Source: an uncultured Phycisphaerales bacterium
GTDB taxonomy: Bacteria; Planctomycetota; Phycisphaerae; Sedimentisphaerales; Anaerobacaceae
Direction of reading: 5' to 3'
Assembly: GCA_963772725.1 (NCBI GenBank)
Contig: CAVYYI010000001.1
Coordinates: forward strand, 1-64,000
Length of the DNA stretch: 64,000 nt
Position 1 is the stretch's first letter. Each line of letters begins with the position of its first letter. Made by a program: the position numbers and the translations under genes. Below the pieces are notes generated by a model. It had not been told where the DNA came from and ran no database searches. It was given only the letters and a program-made list of their open reading frames with translations. Shown one piece after another: positions 34,480 to 44,136 of the stretch.

Positions 34480-35294
34480 TCAGCTGTTTTTTGAGAGTTC
34501 GCGGCTTCGCTGTGCGGCTTTTTGGATTGCTGTTGAAATTAGCTGTCCGAAGCCTTTTTCGGCGAAAACTTTGAGGGCCGCTTCTGTTGTGCCGCCGGGA
34601 GAGGTAACCTTTTTGCGAAGTTCAGCGGGGCTTTCGCCGTGTTTATCCGCTTCGAGAGCCAATATTGCTGCACCTTTGGCGGTTTGTAGAACCAGATCTT
34701 TGGCGACATCTGCAGGCAGACCTATTTCGATACCTGTCTTAATAATTTCTTCCATCATCAGGAAATAATAAGCAGGTCCGGAGCCGCTCAACGCCGTTAC
34801 AGCGTCTAATAAATCCTCGTTTTCGACGGTAACAACTTTACCGACTGCAGCGAAAATTTCTTTAGCGGTTTTGAGCATAGGTTTAGCCATTTCGTTGGCA
34901 AACATCGCGCTGCGCCTTGGGCTACAAGAGCGGGAGTATTCGGCATAACACGAACTACGGGAATATTGCCGAGCTCGCCGGTTATATTGTCAATTCGTTT
35001 CCCAGCGGCAATCGATATGATAAGTTGTCCCTTGCTAATGCCAGTTTTTATACTTCGCAGTACCTCGCTCATATTTTGCGGCTTAATGCTCAGTACCACA
35101 ATATCTGTTTTCGTGACAAGGGCCGCATTGTCGCTTATCGTATGGATGCCGTATTCTTCAGCGAGAAAATCCAGCCTTTTTTGCCGAATGTCGCTTACAG
35201 TAATATCTTGAGGCTGATAAAGTTCGGCGGCGATTATACCCTTTATCATGGCCTCTGCCATATTTCCTCCGCCTATAAATCCGATTGTACCCAC
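34480..35294 (-). CDS. proC: Pyrroline-5-carboxylate reductase; frameshift near 34905
   Basis: GFIGGGNMA, ISIAAG, VRVMPNTP, TALSGSGPAY, VTSPGGTT. Confidence 0.94.
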
Positions 35295-35364
35295 GGTTTT
35301 ATTCCTTTGCGTTTTAAATTTTAATTTTTGAACTTTCAAACTGGCCGTCAGTCAGGTTGATTTA

Positions 35365-36487
35365 TACTACTCTTGATTGAAAAATTCCGTATTTTTCAAT
35401 CAAAAAGCACCTTCTGTCCGATAAACAGCGTATATGAAGGATTATAAGTTGTCAAAAGAAAAAATAGCTGAACTGGAGGCATTGCATCGTTCGTTGCGTG
35501 ATAAGCGTCAGGCCGACCGGGTCAAAGCGGTCATTGCTTTAGCAAAGGGATGGTCGGCGGCTCAGGTGGCCGAGATACTTCTTTTCGATGAGAAGACATC
35601 ACGGGGCTATTTCGAGCGGTATCGGCAAGACGGTTTCCAGGCATTGCTGGATGACAACTATCCCGGCGCAGAACCGAAACTCGATGAACATCAAATGAGC
35701 GAACTTGAGGCATATCTCGAAGATCATATTTTCCCCGATGCCAAATCGGTTATCGCTCACATTGACAAGCAGTATGTGGTCCATTACTCCGTCAGCGGAG
35801 TCACCGATTTGCTGCATCGTCTTGGATTTTCCTACAAGAAGCCGACACATGTTCCCGGTAAACAAGACCCCATCAAGCAACAGGCATTTCTCGAGGAATA
35901 TGAACAGATCAAGGCAAGCAAAAGTCAAAACGACCCAATTTATTTCGCCGATGCCACCCACCCGCAGCACAACAGCATTCCTTCTTACGGCTGGATTAAG
36001 ACGGGAAGGGAAAAAGAACTCAAAGCCAACTGTGGCCGCCAGCGATTGAATATCAATGGTGCGATTAACATCGAAACACTGGAGCCAACGACAGGGTTTT
36101 ATGACACGATCAATGCGAATTCGACCATTGATTTGTTCTCTAAGATCGAAGCAAAACATCCGGAGGCCAAAAGGATTTACATCATTGTTGACAATGCTCG
36201 ATATTATCGTTCACGTTTGTTAAAAGAGTATACCGAGGGCACGAAAATCAAATTGATCTTTTTGCCGTCATACTCGCCGAATCTGAATCTGATTGAACGG
36301 TACTGGAAGTTTTTTAAGAAAAAAGTGCTGAACAATCGCTACTATGAAACGTTTGGTGAATTCAAGCGAGCATGTGAGAGCTTTTTCCGGAAGAGAAAGA
36401 AATATTTGCCGGAACTGAGAGCATTACTGACAGAAAACTTTCACATTCAAGCTGCATAAAAACGGGAAAATTCAATCGTAAGCAGTA
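35365..36487 (+). mobile_element. IS630-family element
   Basis: Imperfect TIRs TACTACTCTTGATTGAAAAATTCCGT and (reverse complement) TACTGCTTACGATTGAATTTTCCCGT, flanked by TA at 35363-64 and 36488-89. Confidence 0.88.
35434..36459 (+). CDS. IS630 transposase
   Basis: HTH region, LHRLGFSYKKP, YFADATHP, IVDNARYY, LPSYSPNLNLIERYW. Confidence 0.95.
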   Translation: MKDYKLSKEKIAELEALHRSLRDKRQADRVKAVIALAKGWSAAQVAEILLFDEKTSRGYFERYRQDGFQALLDDNYPGAEPKLDEHQMSELEAYLEDHIFPDAKSVIAHIDKQYVVHYSVSGVTDLLHRLGFSYKKPTHVPGKQDPIKQQAFLEEYEQIKASKSQNDPIYFADATHPQHNSIPSYGWIKTGREKELKANCGRQRLNINGAINIETLEPTTGFYDTINANSTIDLFSKIEAKHPEAKRIYIIVDNARYYRSRLLKEYTEGTKIKLIFLPSYSPNLNLIERYWKFFKKKVLNNRYYETFGEFKRACESFFRKRKKYLPELRALLTENFHIQAA

Positions 36488-36492
36488 TATTA

Positions 36493-37224
36493 TCACAACT
36501 CAAAATAAGGCTGCTGGTCGATAATTTTATCCAGCGTTACCAGCGTATAACCTTTTTCCCTGATTTTATCGATAATGACCGGCAATGCCTCAATAAGATT
36601 ATCCCTCGGATAATCAGTGTGTATATCGCGGCCGTCGTGGAGGTCGATTATTGCTCCCGGTTCTAGTTTCTTAAGTATACGCTCTTGAATTTCCTGCGAT
36701 GTTTCTTTCATATAATAATCTTCTGTTGCGTCGTTCCATAGAATAACGGCATAACCCATCTTATTAATGGTTTCAACCATAAACGGCGATTCATATCCGT
36801 AAGGAGGCCTGAAAAATCGCGGGTGAAGTCCAGAAACCGAGGCGATGGCAGTGTCTGCATCTTTTATATTTTCTACTAATTTCTCCCTGCTCAAAAATAC
36901 TAAATATTTTGAGTGGTTAAAACTGTGATTGCCTATAATATGCCCTTCTGCTATTTCTCTTTTTAAAATGTCGGGATATTCTTCAGCGTTCTTTCCGATG
37001 ATAAAAAAAGTAGCTTTGGCATTTTTTTCTTTTAGGATGTCGAGAATGTCGATGGTGGCCTGGCCGTAGGGGCCGTCATCGAATGTCAGGGCCGCAAGTT
37101 TTGGGCCTTTATCTGTCTTTTTGTCAAAGAGAGAAGATTTGGGATACTGCTGGCAGCCGCAACAGTAAAACATAATAGCCAGAAACGAAATAACAACACT
37201 GCAAAAATATGTTCTATTTGTCAT
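36493..37224 (-). CDS. Polysaccharide deacetylase (NodB/CE4), probable lipoprotein
   Basis: ALTFDDGP, ATFFIIG, GNHSFNH, FRPPYG, IDLHDG. Confidence 0.92.
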   Translation of the reverse strand: MTNRTYFCSVVISFLAIMFYCCGCQQYPKSSLFDKKTDKGPKLAALTFDDGPYGQATIDILDILKEKNAKATFFIIGKNAEEYPDILKREIAEGHIIGNHSFNHSKYLVFLSREKLVENIKDADTAIASVSGLHPRFFRPPYGYESPFMVETINKMGYAVILWNDATEDYYMKETSQEIQERILKKLEPGAIIDLHDGRDIHTDYPRDNLIEALPVIIDKIREKGYTLVTLDKIIDQQPYFEL

Positions 37225-37329
37225 TGGTCATTATCTCCTGAATTATTATTTTGTTACTTAAAGTCCCGATTTAGATAACCCCATATTTCCTAATTTATAC
37301 CTGGTTGTAACAAACGTTTATGATAACAC

Positions 37330-37404
37330 AGGCGGCGGTGGGAGTCGAACCCACGAAATAACGGTTTTGCAAACCGTCGCCTTAGGCCACTTGGCTACGC
37401 CGCC
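37330..37404 (-). tRNA. tRNA-Cys (GCA), CCA not encoded
   Basis: GGCGGCG acceptor stem, TAGCCAAGTGG D arm, ACGGT-TTGCAAA-ACCGT anticodon arm, GGTTCGACTCC T arm. Confidence 0.95.
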
Positions 37405-37529
37405 AAAGTCTTTTAAATAAATAAGTTACATCTTATCAGAGGGACATTGCACAGAGCAAAACCCTCAATAATAAAAAAAATAGTTTACCTGTAGCCGCTG
37501 AATATTGCAAGAAAATTAAGGGTAAGTTT

Positions 37530-37559
37530 GTAATGGGTCAGTTATGGGTGGGCAGGTGC
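37530..37559. mobile_element. Orphan IS66 end
   Basis: 30 bp identical to 22762-22791, with no transposase after it. Confidence 0.9.
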
Positions 37560-37791
37560 GCTGGTGGGATTCGTCGCGGGCGGTATGATTTCGTTTATTG
37601 TTTTCAGGATTGCGGTTATGCTTTTTTCGAGTCTTGGCGGCAGCGCTTTAATTGTAACCGGCGTATTAGCGCTTCTGTATCATTATGGTCCGACAAAAGA
37701 GCAAATCCATAGCCTGTTTTTTACCACAAAATGGTTTTTGCCAGCCGCAAGAAAGAAATCTATGGAATTTCAACACCAGCAGAAACACTAA
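37560..37791 (+). pseudogene. 5'-truncated membrane protein remnant (DUF4203-like)
   Basis: GFVAGGMISFIVFRIAVMLFSSLGGSALIVTG begins directly after the IS end, with no RBS or N-terminus. Confidence 0.5.
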
Positions 37792-38887
37792 AGTTTATTG
37801 CGTTATGCGCTGTGAGTCCTGCGTTGCGTTCCTTTTCCAACGCTATACGCTCCACACATAATGCTTTACGCTAATTTACTTTTTACTATTTTTATCAATT
37901 ATTTGTTCAATTATCAATTAAAAAGGGGGGGCTTTTTAGCCACTCCTTCGACTTCGCTAAGGACGGTGAGCCTGTCGAACCGAGAGGACACAAAGTTTTT
38001 CAACCACTAAGACTCCAAGGCACTAAGAATTTTAGATTTTGGATTGCCGATTTTGGATTGAAAAGAGCCAACGACAATCGACTAACCAATAGTGACTATC
38101 GACTTTCTTTGAACACTGATTCCGCTGCCAGCCTTGAGCTTGCCGAAAGGATGCCATTGATTTAACCGAAATACGCTTCACGATATACGAGCGACGAACC
38201 TGTTTACTATCCGCTCTACGCTGGATGCTGGGATTATATCATCCACCGAATTTTAAGACACGTTTTTTTTTCGACAGGATAACGGGATTGAAATTGATTT
38301 ATTTTAATAGAGTCTCTGAATTCCGTTAGCCCGCCGTTTATTCGGCGGGTTATTTCGCACAGCAAAAAAACATTGTAATAATTTCGTAAATTCGTATAAT
38401 CCATAAAATGGGAAATTCGAAAAAAAAGATGCGAATATCAGAAATGAATATGGTGTCCCCCGATAAATAAAGGGTTTTTAAGTTTTGTTTTCAGTTAATA
38501 ATGATAGAGAATACAATCGGATAAAAGATTTTGCGGCTTAGAAGGCCGCTGCTAAAAACTAAAATACACTGTACCTTTGGATATTCTACGCTAAATCGCC
38601 AGATTATTGTGAGAAGAAATGTACAAGACACAGTGCCTCAAACTGGGCACTGGTTGCTTGTGTTCTTCTCGGGTTCTGGCGAACCTAGCGTAGACGCAAT
38701 GCGGCGGTGCCCTTTAATTTTGCGCATTTCCACGGTTACTTTCCCCAAAGGCTTTGTTGTTTGTATTAGAAAATTGGTTTGTTGGGAATAAACGTTGCTG
38801 TCTATGACACAGGAATTGATATATTGGCAAGTATGTAACTTGCTATATCATATCTATTTTTAGACCATATTTAAGGAGACTTCTTGT

Positions 38888-39187
38888 ATGGAATCGGATG
38901 ATACGGAAATATTTTCTGAAAGTGAATGGGCAATACTTTTTGATGAACTTTCATTATCTCCAAGACAAAGGGAGGTAATTCAGTGTCTTTTTTTCGGCCT
39001 CTCTGACAAGCAAATTGCCATGAAATTAAAAATAGCTATAACGACAGTCCGAATACATCTTACTCGCCTTTTCTCAAGATTTGACGTCCATGATCGTAAT
39101 GAACTTATTCTTTATGTCGTTCATCATTTTCGAAAGGAATGTCGTTCAAACGGTAATGGATGTGCCAACTGGTTAAAACGCCACTGA
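38888..39187 (+). CDS. Stand-alone LuxR-type HTH regulator
   Basis: LSPRQREVI..GLSDKQIA.KL.I...TVRIHLTRLFSRFDVHDRNEL; AAGGAG RBS. Confidence 0.88.
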   Translation: MESDDTEIFSESEWAILFDELSLSPRQREVIQCLFFGLSDKQIAMKLKIAITTVRIHLTRLFSRFDVHDRNELILYVVHHFRKECRSNGNGCANWLKRH

Positions 39188-39578
39188 TTTGCCCTCTTAT
39201 TTCTACCCCCCCCTTCTTAAGGGTAGAGGCTGCCTGGTCAATTTGGATTGTTTACTGAAATATTTACAACCAAAGCCATTTTGTACCGGGCGGCTTTTAT
39301 ACTGTTAATGATGACATTGCCTTCAATGATGGCATAATTGATATCTTGTAACTATTTAATATTAAAATACAATGAAGCTTATTAGTGTTTGATTGAATGC
39401 TTGAGTATAAATATTTAAGAAAAGAGTGAGAGTGATGTTAAGAAAGAAAGAGAGTGTTGGCTTTGTACTCATAGTCAGAATGAGTATCCTCCTCTATTTC
39501 CCTCAACATCAGTCCTCACTGCTTGAAATTTAAACGTGTTAAACTTGTTTATTTAGTATTTTTGGAAAGGAGCAGAGT

Positions 39579-40187
39579 ATGAAAAAGTTTTTAATGAGTT
39601 TGGTTGTTTTGGGTTTAGTTAATGTTGCTACTGCTACATATGTTGAAACGTTCAACACCGGCAGCGACAGTTGGAATTACGGATACGGGAACAACTTTGT
39701 CCCTGGAGTAACGACATACAATGCCACGGGAGGGAATCCCGGCGGCTGTATCAGCGGTGCTTCGCAGAATCTGTACGCCGTTTGGACCTATGTTACCGCA
39801 TCCTATGGCGACATGACTGGTCTGAATCTTACGATAGATACCAAGGTTACGGACGGCGAGACTGGGACAGCTCAGTTCTACGTGGGCCGCGGTGGCACTT
39901 ACTTTATCGATGGTACCTGGAATATCGGTGCCGACAAAAGCTGGACTACGCACACGGTAGCGTTGGATTCCTCGCACTTCACGGCTTGGACAGGTGTAAA
40001 TGACAATGTCTATACGTTTGCGCAAGTTATCCAGGCACCGACAGACATCGGCATATTTTTCGGTGGTGGTCTCGCAAGCGGAACCGGCAATGTGTTGGTG
40101 GACAACTTCGGTACGGTTCCGGAGCCGGCGACAATTTGTCTGCTTGGTCTCGGCGGACTCTTGCTTCGCAGAAGAAAAAGTGTGTAG
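39579..40187 (+). CDS. PEP-CTERM sorting-domain surface protein
   Basis: Signal peptide MKKFLMSLVVLG; C-terminal VPEPATICLLGLGGLLLRRRK. Confidence 0.93.
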   Translation: MKKFLMSLVVLGLVNVATATYVETFNTGSDSWNYGYGNNFVPGVTTYNATGGNPGGCISGASQNLYAVWTYVTASYGDMTGLNLTIDTKVTDGETGTAQFYVGRGGTYFIDGTWNIGADKSWTTHTVALDSSHFTAWTGVNDNVYTFAQVIQAPTDIGIFFGGGLASGTGNVLVDNFGTVPEPATICLLGLGGLLLRRRKSV

Positions 40188-40225
40188 CGTTGGAGTTCAT
40201 TACGTCGATAATATAGACTTTAAGA

Positions 40226-40320
40226 AATACAGGGATTAGCCTGATGTTCCTCCTCGATTGGGTATCCCTGTATTAATAATGTAAGTCGGCATAAGATTGG
40301 TTTACGGTCTTATGCCGATA
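40226..40320. terminator. Two hairpins downstream of the PEP-CTERM gene
   Basis: aatacagggat...atccctgtatt and tcggcataaga...tcttatgccga. Confidence 0.55.
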
Positions 40321-40648
40321 TTATTTAGGAAATTAGGAAATCTGGAGACAGCATATAATGGCACTAACTTAAGCCTATTTCATAGCTTTACAGGCTGCTT
40401 GGGGTCAGACTCAAGTTGCTGTTTGATGGCAATTTCAGGAATTTCACTATCAGAGAATCTTCCCTTTTGCCCAGAAATTCCCTTAAAGAGACAGCATATC
40501 TATATAACTTCATCGCCAATCGTAATTTCTGAGGTCTGTTAAATTAACTGTGTAAACGGCCATCGCATTCCAAGTTTGGAAAATCCAGTTATCTTGTCTT
40601 AATAAAATCAGCGTTTAGAAAAGCCCCTGCGGCGTTTTGAGCGGAGCA

Positions 40649-40836
40649 TAAATTCGTCGCCCGTCGCTTGTATCTCGAATTTCGCTTCACGCTTCACGAA
40701 ATACGCTTCACAGAATTATTGTCATCGAATTACTCGGACAACTTACCCCTGAATGATTGGCGGCGGTAAATTCGTCGCTCGTCTCTCGTCGCTTGTATCT
40801 CGAATTTCGCTTCACGCTTCACGAAATACGCTTCAC
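40649..40836. repeat. Direct duplication of a 63-70 bp heptamer-rich block enclosing a paralogous FN3 C-terminus remnant
   Basis: taaattcgtcgc...cgtcgcttgtatctcgaatttcgcttcacgcttcacgaaatacgcttcac at 40649-40711 and 40767-40836. Confidence 0.85.
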
Positions 40837-40837
40837 G

Positions 40838-41452
40838 TTAAAGGATAACCGTAAGTGTATTACTCGGACAGCTTTTGCCTGAATGATTTGCGGCGATTAC
40901 TCGGTATTCGAGTTTTACCCCTTTCGGCTGGTCTTTTAAGATGGTTTCACAATCAAAGCTTGTCCCCGCCAAGAGCCAGTTGCCGATTTTATCGTTCATT
41001 ATTCTCGATTCGATAATAAAACTTCTAACCGGGCCGCTGTCTTTTTTTAAGAGCTTTTGCCATTGCAGTTTTACTACTCCTGCGGCCAGAGATTCAACCC
41101 TGAGTAATTCCGGCTGGGCGGGCAGATTTATCGCGGATTTCTTCTTTCTTTCGCCAAAACCGATAAGGCCGAGTTTAACAGGACTATCCGCGGTATCAAC
41201 CTGTGCGGTTTTTACCTGATTGGCTATTACGCTTTTTAATTGCTCGAAGGCCTGTTTCTGCTTTTCTCCTGCCTGTTTATACATAGACAGGCAATCATTA
41301 AATTCCTTTTTGGCCTGATTGAAGCTTTCGAGCATATTTTGCAGCTTTTCAATATCCGCCGATGGGAAGGTATCGGGATATGCGGTAAAGCCATTAATCA
41401 TCTGCTCTGTTAATTCGACCGACCTTGGCTGGGTTCTTGGTAACTGGCACAT
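40838..41452 (-). CDS. Cytoplasmic protein: N-terminal helical bundle + C-terminal fibronectin type III domain
   Basis: PAQPELL...VKLQW...W...LEYRVIAANHSGKSCPSN; no signal peptide. Confidence 0.78.
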   Translation of the reverse strand: MCQLPRTQPRSVELTEQMINGFTAYPDTFPSADIEKLQNMLESFNQAKKEFNDCLSMYKQAGEKQKQAFEQLKSVIANQVKTAQVDTADSPVKLGLIGFGERKKKSAINLPAQPELLRVESLAAGVVKLQWQKLLKKDSGPVRSFIIESRIMNDKIGNWLLAGTSFDCETILKDQPKGVKLEYRVIAANHSGKSCPSNTLTVIL

Positions 41453-41699
41453 AATAAAGCCCCTTATTTAATAAAATAACGAAATCCGAATAACGAAATC
41501 CGAAACAAACTCAAATAACCAAAAATCCGATATTTCAAACAAAACCATTATGTACATATTTCCCTTCGGAAGATTCGATATGCTGCTTAACGAAAAAGAC
41601 CGGGATTTTTAATACTTAAAACGGCATAAATCGCATAAGTTATTCTAAATAAAGGATTTAAGAATGTATTTTCAATGCTTAAAATCTCAAAAACCATAG

Positions 41700-41909
41700 T
41701 TACATTGCCCAGATGATAATTTACATCGCTGCGATGTAAAATTACATTTGGCCGCTGCGGATTTACAGTTCTGCGGTGCAGATTTGCATCAAGTCGATGC
41801 AGATTTACAGTTAAGGGCTGTTAATTAACATTGCGATGGTGTTGATTTGCATTGGGTCGCTGTAAATCAGCAGTTTAGCGATGCAAACTTGCATTGGGCC
41901 GCTGTGAAC
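41700..41909. repeat. Array of ten 21-bp degenerate palindromic units
   Basis: Units start at 41700, 41721, 41742 ... 41889; consensus TTRCA-N9-TGYNRAT. Confidence 0.88.
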
Positions 41910-42247
41910 TTGAAAAATCGGTTTTGAAGCTTCATATCTGACGTTTTAAGTTTGGATTTTTAAGTTTGAAGCTCTTAAGCGGCAAATCAAGTTTGTAAAA
42001 CCATTTTTCAAGCATAAGAAATTCAACATTCAAACTTTCCCCCTATCCTCTGAACCCTATACCCTCTACCCTGTTTTTAACCGTGTTAATCCGTGTCGAA
42101 TGTTCGTATCTTGTCTCTCGTCGCTCGTATCTCGGCAGGTTGTGCGGCGCATAATGTTTTGATTTCCTTAAAAATCAGACGCAATCAGCGTAACTCGTGC
42201 TACGTAGCGAACTACTTCGCAGAGTAGCATCGGTGTTTAAAACAATT

Positions 42248-43140
42248 TTAGAATTTAAATTTCTTTCCAGTCAGGTTTTCGTAGGCCTCGATGTATTTTG
42301 CGCTTGTTTTTTGACGATATCGTCGGGCAGGACTGACGCCGGGGCCGGATTTGTTGAAGTTTATGCTTTCGAGATAATTCCGGACGAATTGCTTGTCGAA
42401 ACTTTCCTGGTCTCTGCCTGCGCTGATATTTATCGGCGGGCCAGAACCGAGAAGAATCGGGGGTTAAGACTTCATCAATCAATATTATTTTATCGTCGGT
42501 TAAGCCCCATTCAAATTTGGTGTCGGCTAAAATTATTCCCCTGGTTTGGGCGTATTTGCTTGCCTTTTGAAATATTTCCAGACTTTTGTCACGCACGTAC
42601 GCAGCGGCCTTTTCGCCGATGATTTCAACGCAGCGTTCGAAATCAATGTTCTCATCATGTTTGCCGAGTTCGGCTTTTGTGGCGGGGGTAAAGATAGGCT
42701 CGGGCAATTTGTGGCATTGTTTTAATCCGGCGGGGAGTTTGTGTCCGCAGACGATGCCGGTCTCTTTATATTCTTTCCAGCCTGAACCTGCGAGATAGCC
42801 GCGGATAACGCATTCGATTGGCAGGACTTCGACCTTTTTGACCAGCATAGAGCGGCCTGCCAATTGGCCGGGGTAATCGCAGAACGGTTTTGGGAAAGCT
42901 CTTTACATCATCGCTTATCAGATGATGCTCAATATTTTTTCCGAGGAAATCAAACCAGAACTTAGATATCTGGGTAAGCACGATTCCCTTATACGGGATG
43001 CCGTTAGTCATAATGACGTCAAAAGCGCTTAGCCTGTCGCTTGCCACGATGAGCATTTTATCGCCGAGGTCGTAAATGTCGCGAACCTTGCCGCGTTTTG
43101 GTTTGATGCCTGCTATATTTGTCTGCAAAATAACTTCCAT
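42248..43140 (-). CDS. purC: SAICAR synthetase; frameshifts near 42885, 42420 and in the tail
   Basis: [52 protein letters not shown]. Confidence 0.94.
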
Positions 43141-43159
43141 CGTATCCCTGCCTTTCTTT

Positions 43160-43957
43160 TTAATGCTGTTCTTCGCTTATTCTCGCATCGACATATTCGA
43201 GTACTTTTTTCAAGACCTTTTCAATATCGGCGGTCTGGGGCAGAAAACTCGCCATCTGCTCCAGATACCTGCGTTGTTTTATGCGTTTCAAGGTCGCGGT
43301 GAAATTCATGTCATAGACCCATCCGAGCTGCAGGAGTTTCATATCGTTCCATGTTCGCAGGTCTTTGTAATTTATTTTTTGTCCGTTCAAAATGGCTTCG
43401 ATAATTTTTTGTGAACAGGTTGGTTCATCAGGCAGTTCCACTTCGAGCCTGAAACCTTTCGGGTTTTCCTGATACTGCCGGTAATATTCTGTTGCCACCC
43501 GGAATATGTCGATTTTGTCCGCGTCGCGTATCAGTTTTGAAAACAGGAGCAAATCCCCGTTTACACCGGCTGGTATTTCTTTTATGCCGTGGTATTGAAT
43601 GGCCTTTTCGATAAATTCTTTTTCCTGCTCGTCAACGCCGTCAAGCACATTTTGTTTATTAAGTATTTCAACACTTAAGGCGCTATGGTTTATGCTTCTA
43701 ACGTCGCTGTATGTTCGGTACAGTTTGAACTGTTCAAACCTGCCGACATCGTGAAACAAGGCTATGGCGTCGGCGATTCTTTTCTGGTTTTCGCTGAGGT
43801 TCAACTCATCGGTTAAATACCTCATTTCATCACAAACCCGCTGACTGTGGATTTCCTTTAGTTTTATGTTGGCGTTGACAAAATCGTCAGTGCCATAATA
43901 ACCCTTGACGTATTTACCAAACCAGCCTCTGAATCTGTCTAATTGTTCCTGCTTCAT
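43160..43957 (-). CDS. HD-domain phosphohydrolase
   Basis: LKEIHSQRV, ALFHDVGRFEQ, NHSALS, IRDADKIDI. Confidence 0.88.
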   Translation of the reverse strand: MKQEQLDRFRGWFGKYVKGYYGTDDFVNANIKLKEIHSQRVCDEMRYLTDELNLSENQKRIADAIALFHDVGRFEQFKLYRTYSDVRSINHSALSVEILNKQNVLDGVDEQEKEFIEKAIQYHGIKEIPAGVNGDLLLFSKLIRDADKIDIFRVATEYYRQYQENPKGFRLEVELPDEPTCSQKIIEAILNGQKINYKDLRTWNDMKLLQLGWVYDMNFTATLKRIKQRRYLEQMASFLPQTADIEKVLKKVLEYVDARISEEQH

Positions 43958-44136
43958 TAAAACCTCAATTTTTCGTAAAAACAGCGATATCCAGCCGCTA
44001 ATTTATATATTAAAGTTTCTCCGCTTGCCACTATCTTTTGGCAAAAATTGCAATAACATCTTCAAAAAATTTTCAATAGTGGTATAATTCCGTATATTCC
44101 GTAAAAAAGTATAAAATGAAAAAAGGAGCAATAAAA

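Noticed and set aside
36490..37404. Integrative element at tRNA-Cys
   Set aside because: No integrase and no duplicated tRNA 3' end found in the window.
38531..38791. 86-aa ORF upstream of LuxR, and ORF 40297-40542
   Set aside because: TTG starts, no RBS and no recognisable motifs.
40708..40905. Diversity-generating retroelement TR/VR pair
   Set aside because: Mismatches are not adenine-specific, many are synonymous, and there is no reverse transcriptase in the window.
41700..41909. CRISPR array
   Set aside because: Period is only 21 bp, there is no invariant repeat with 25-45 bp spacers, and no cas genes are present.
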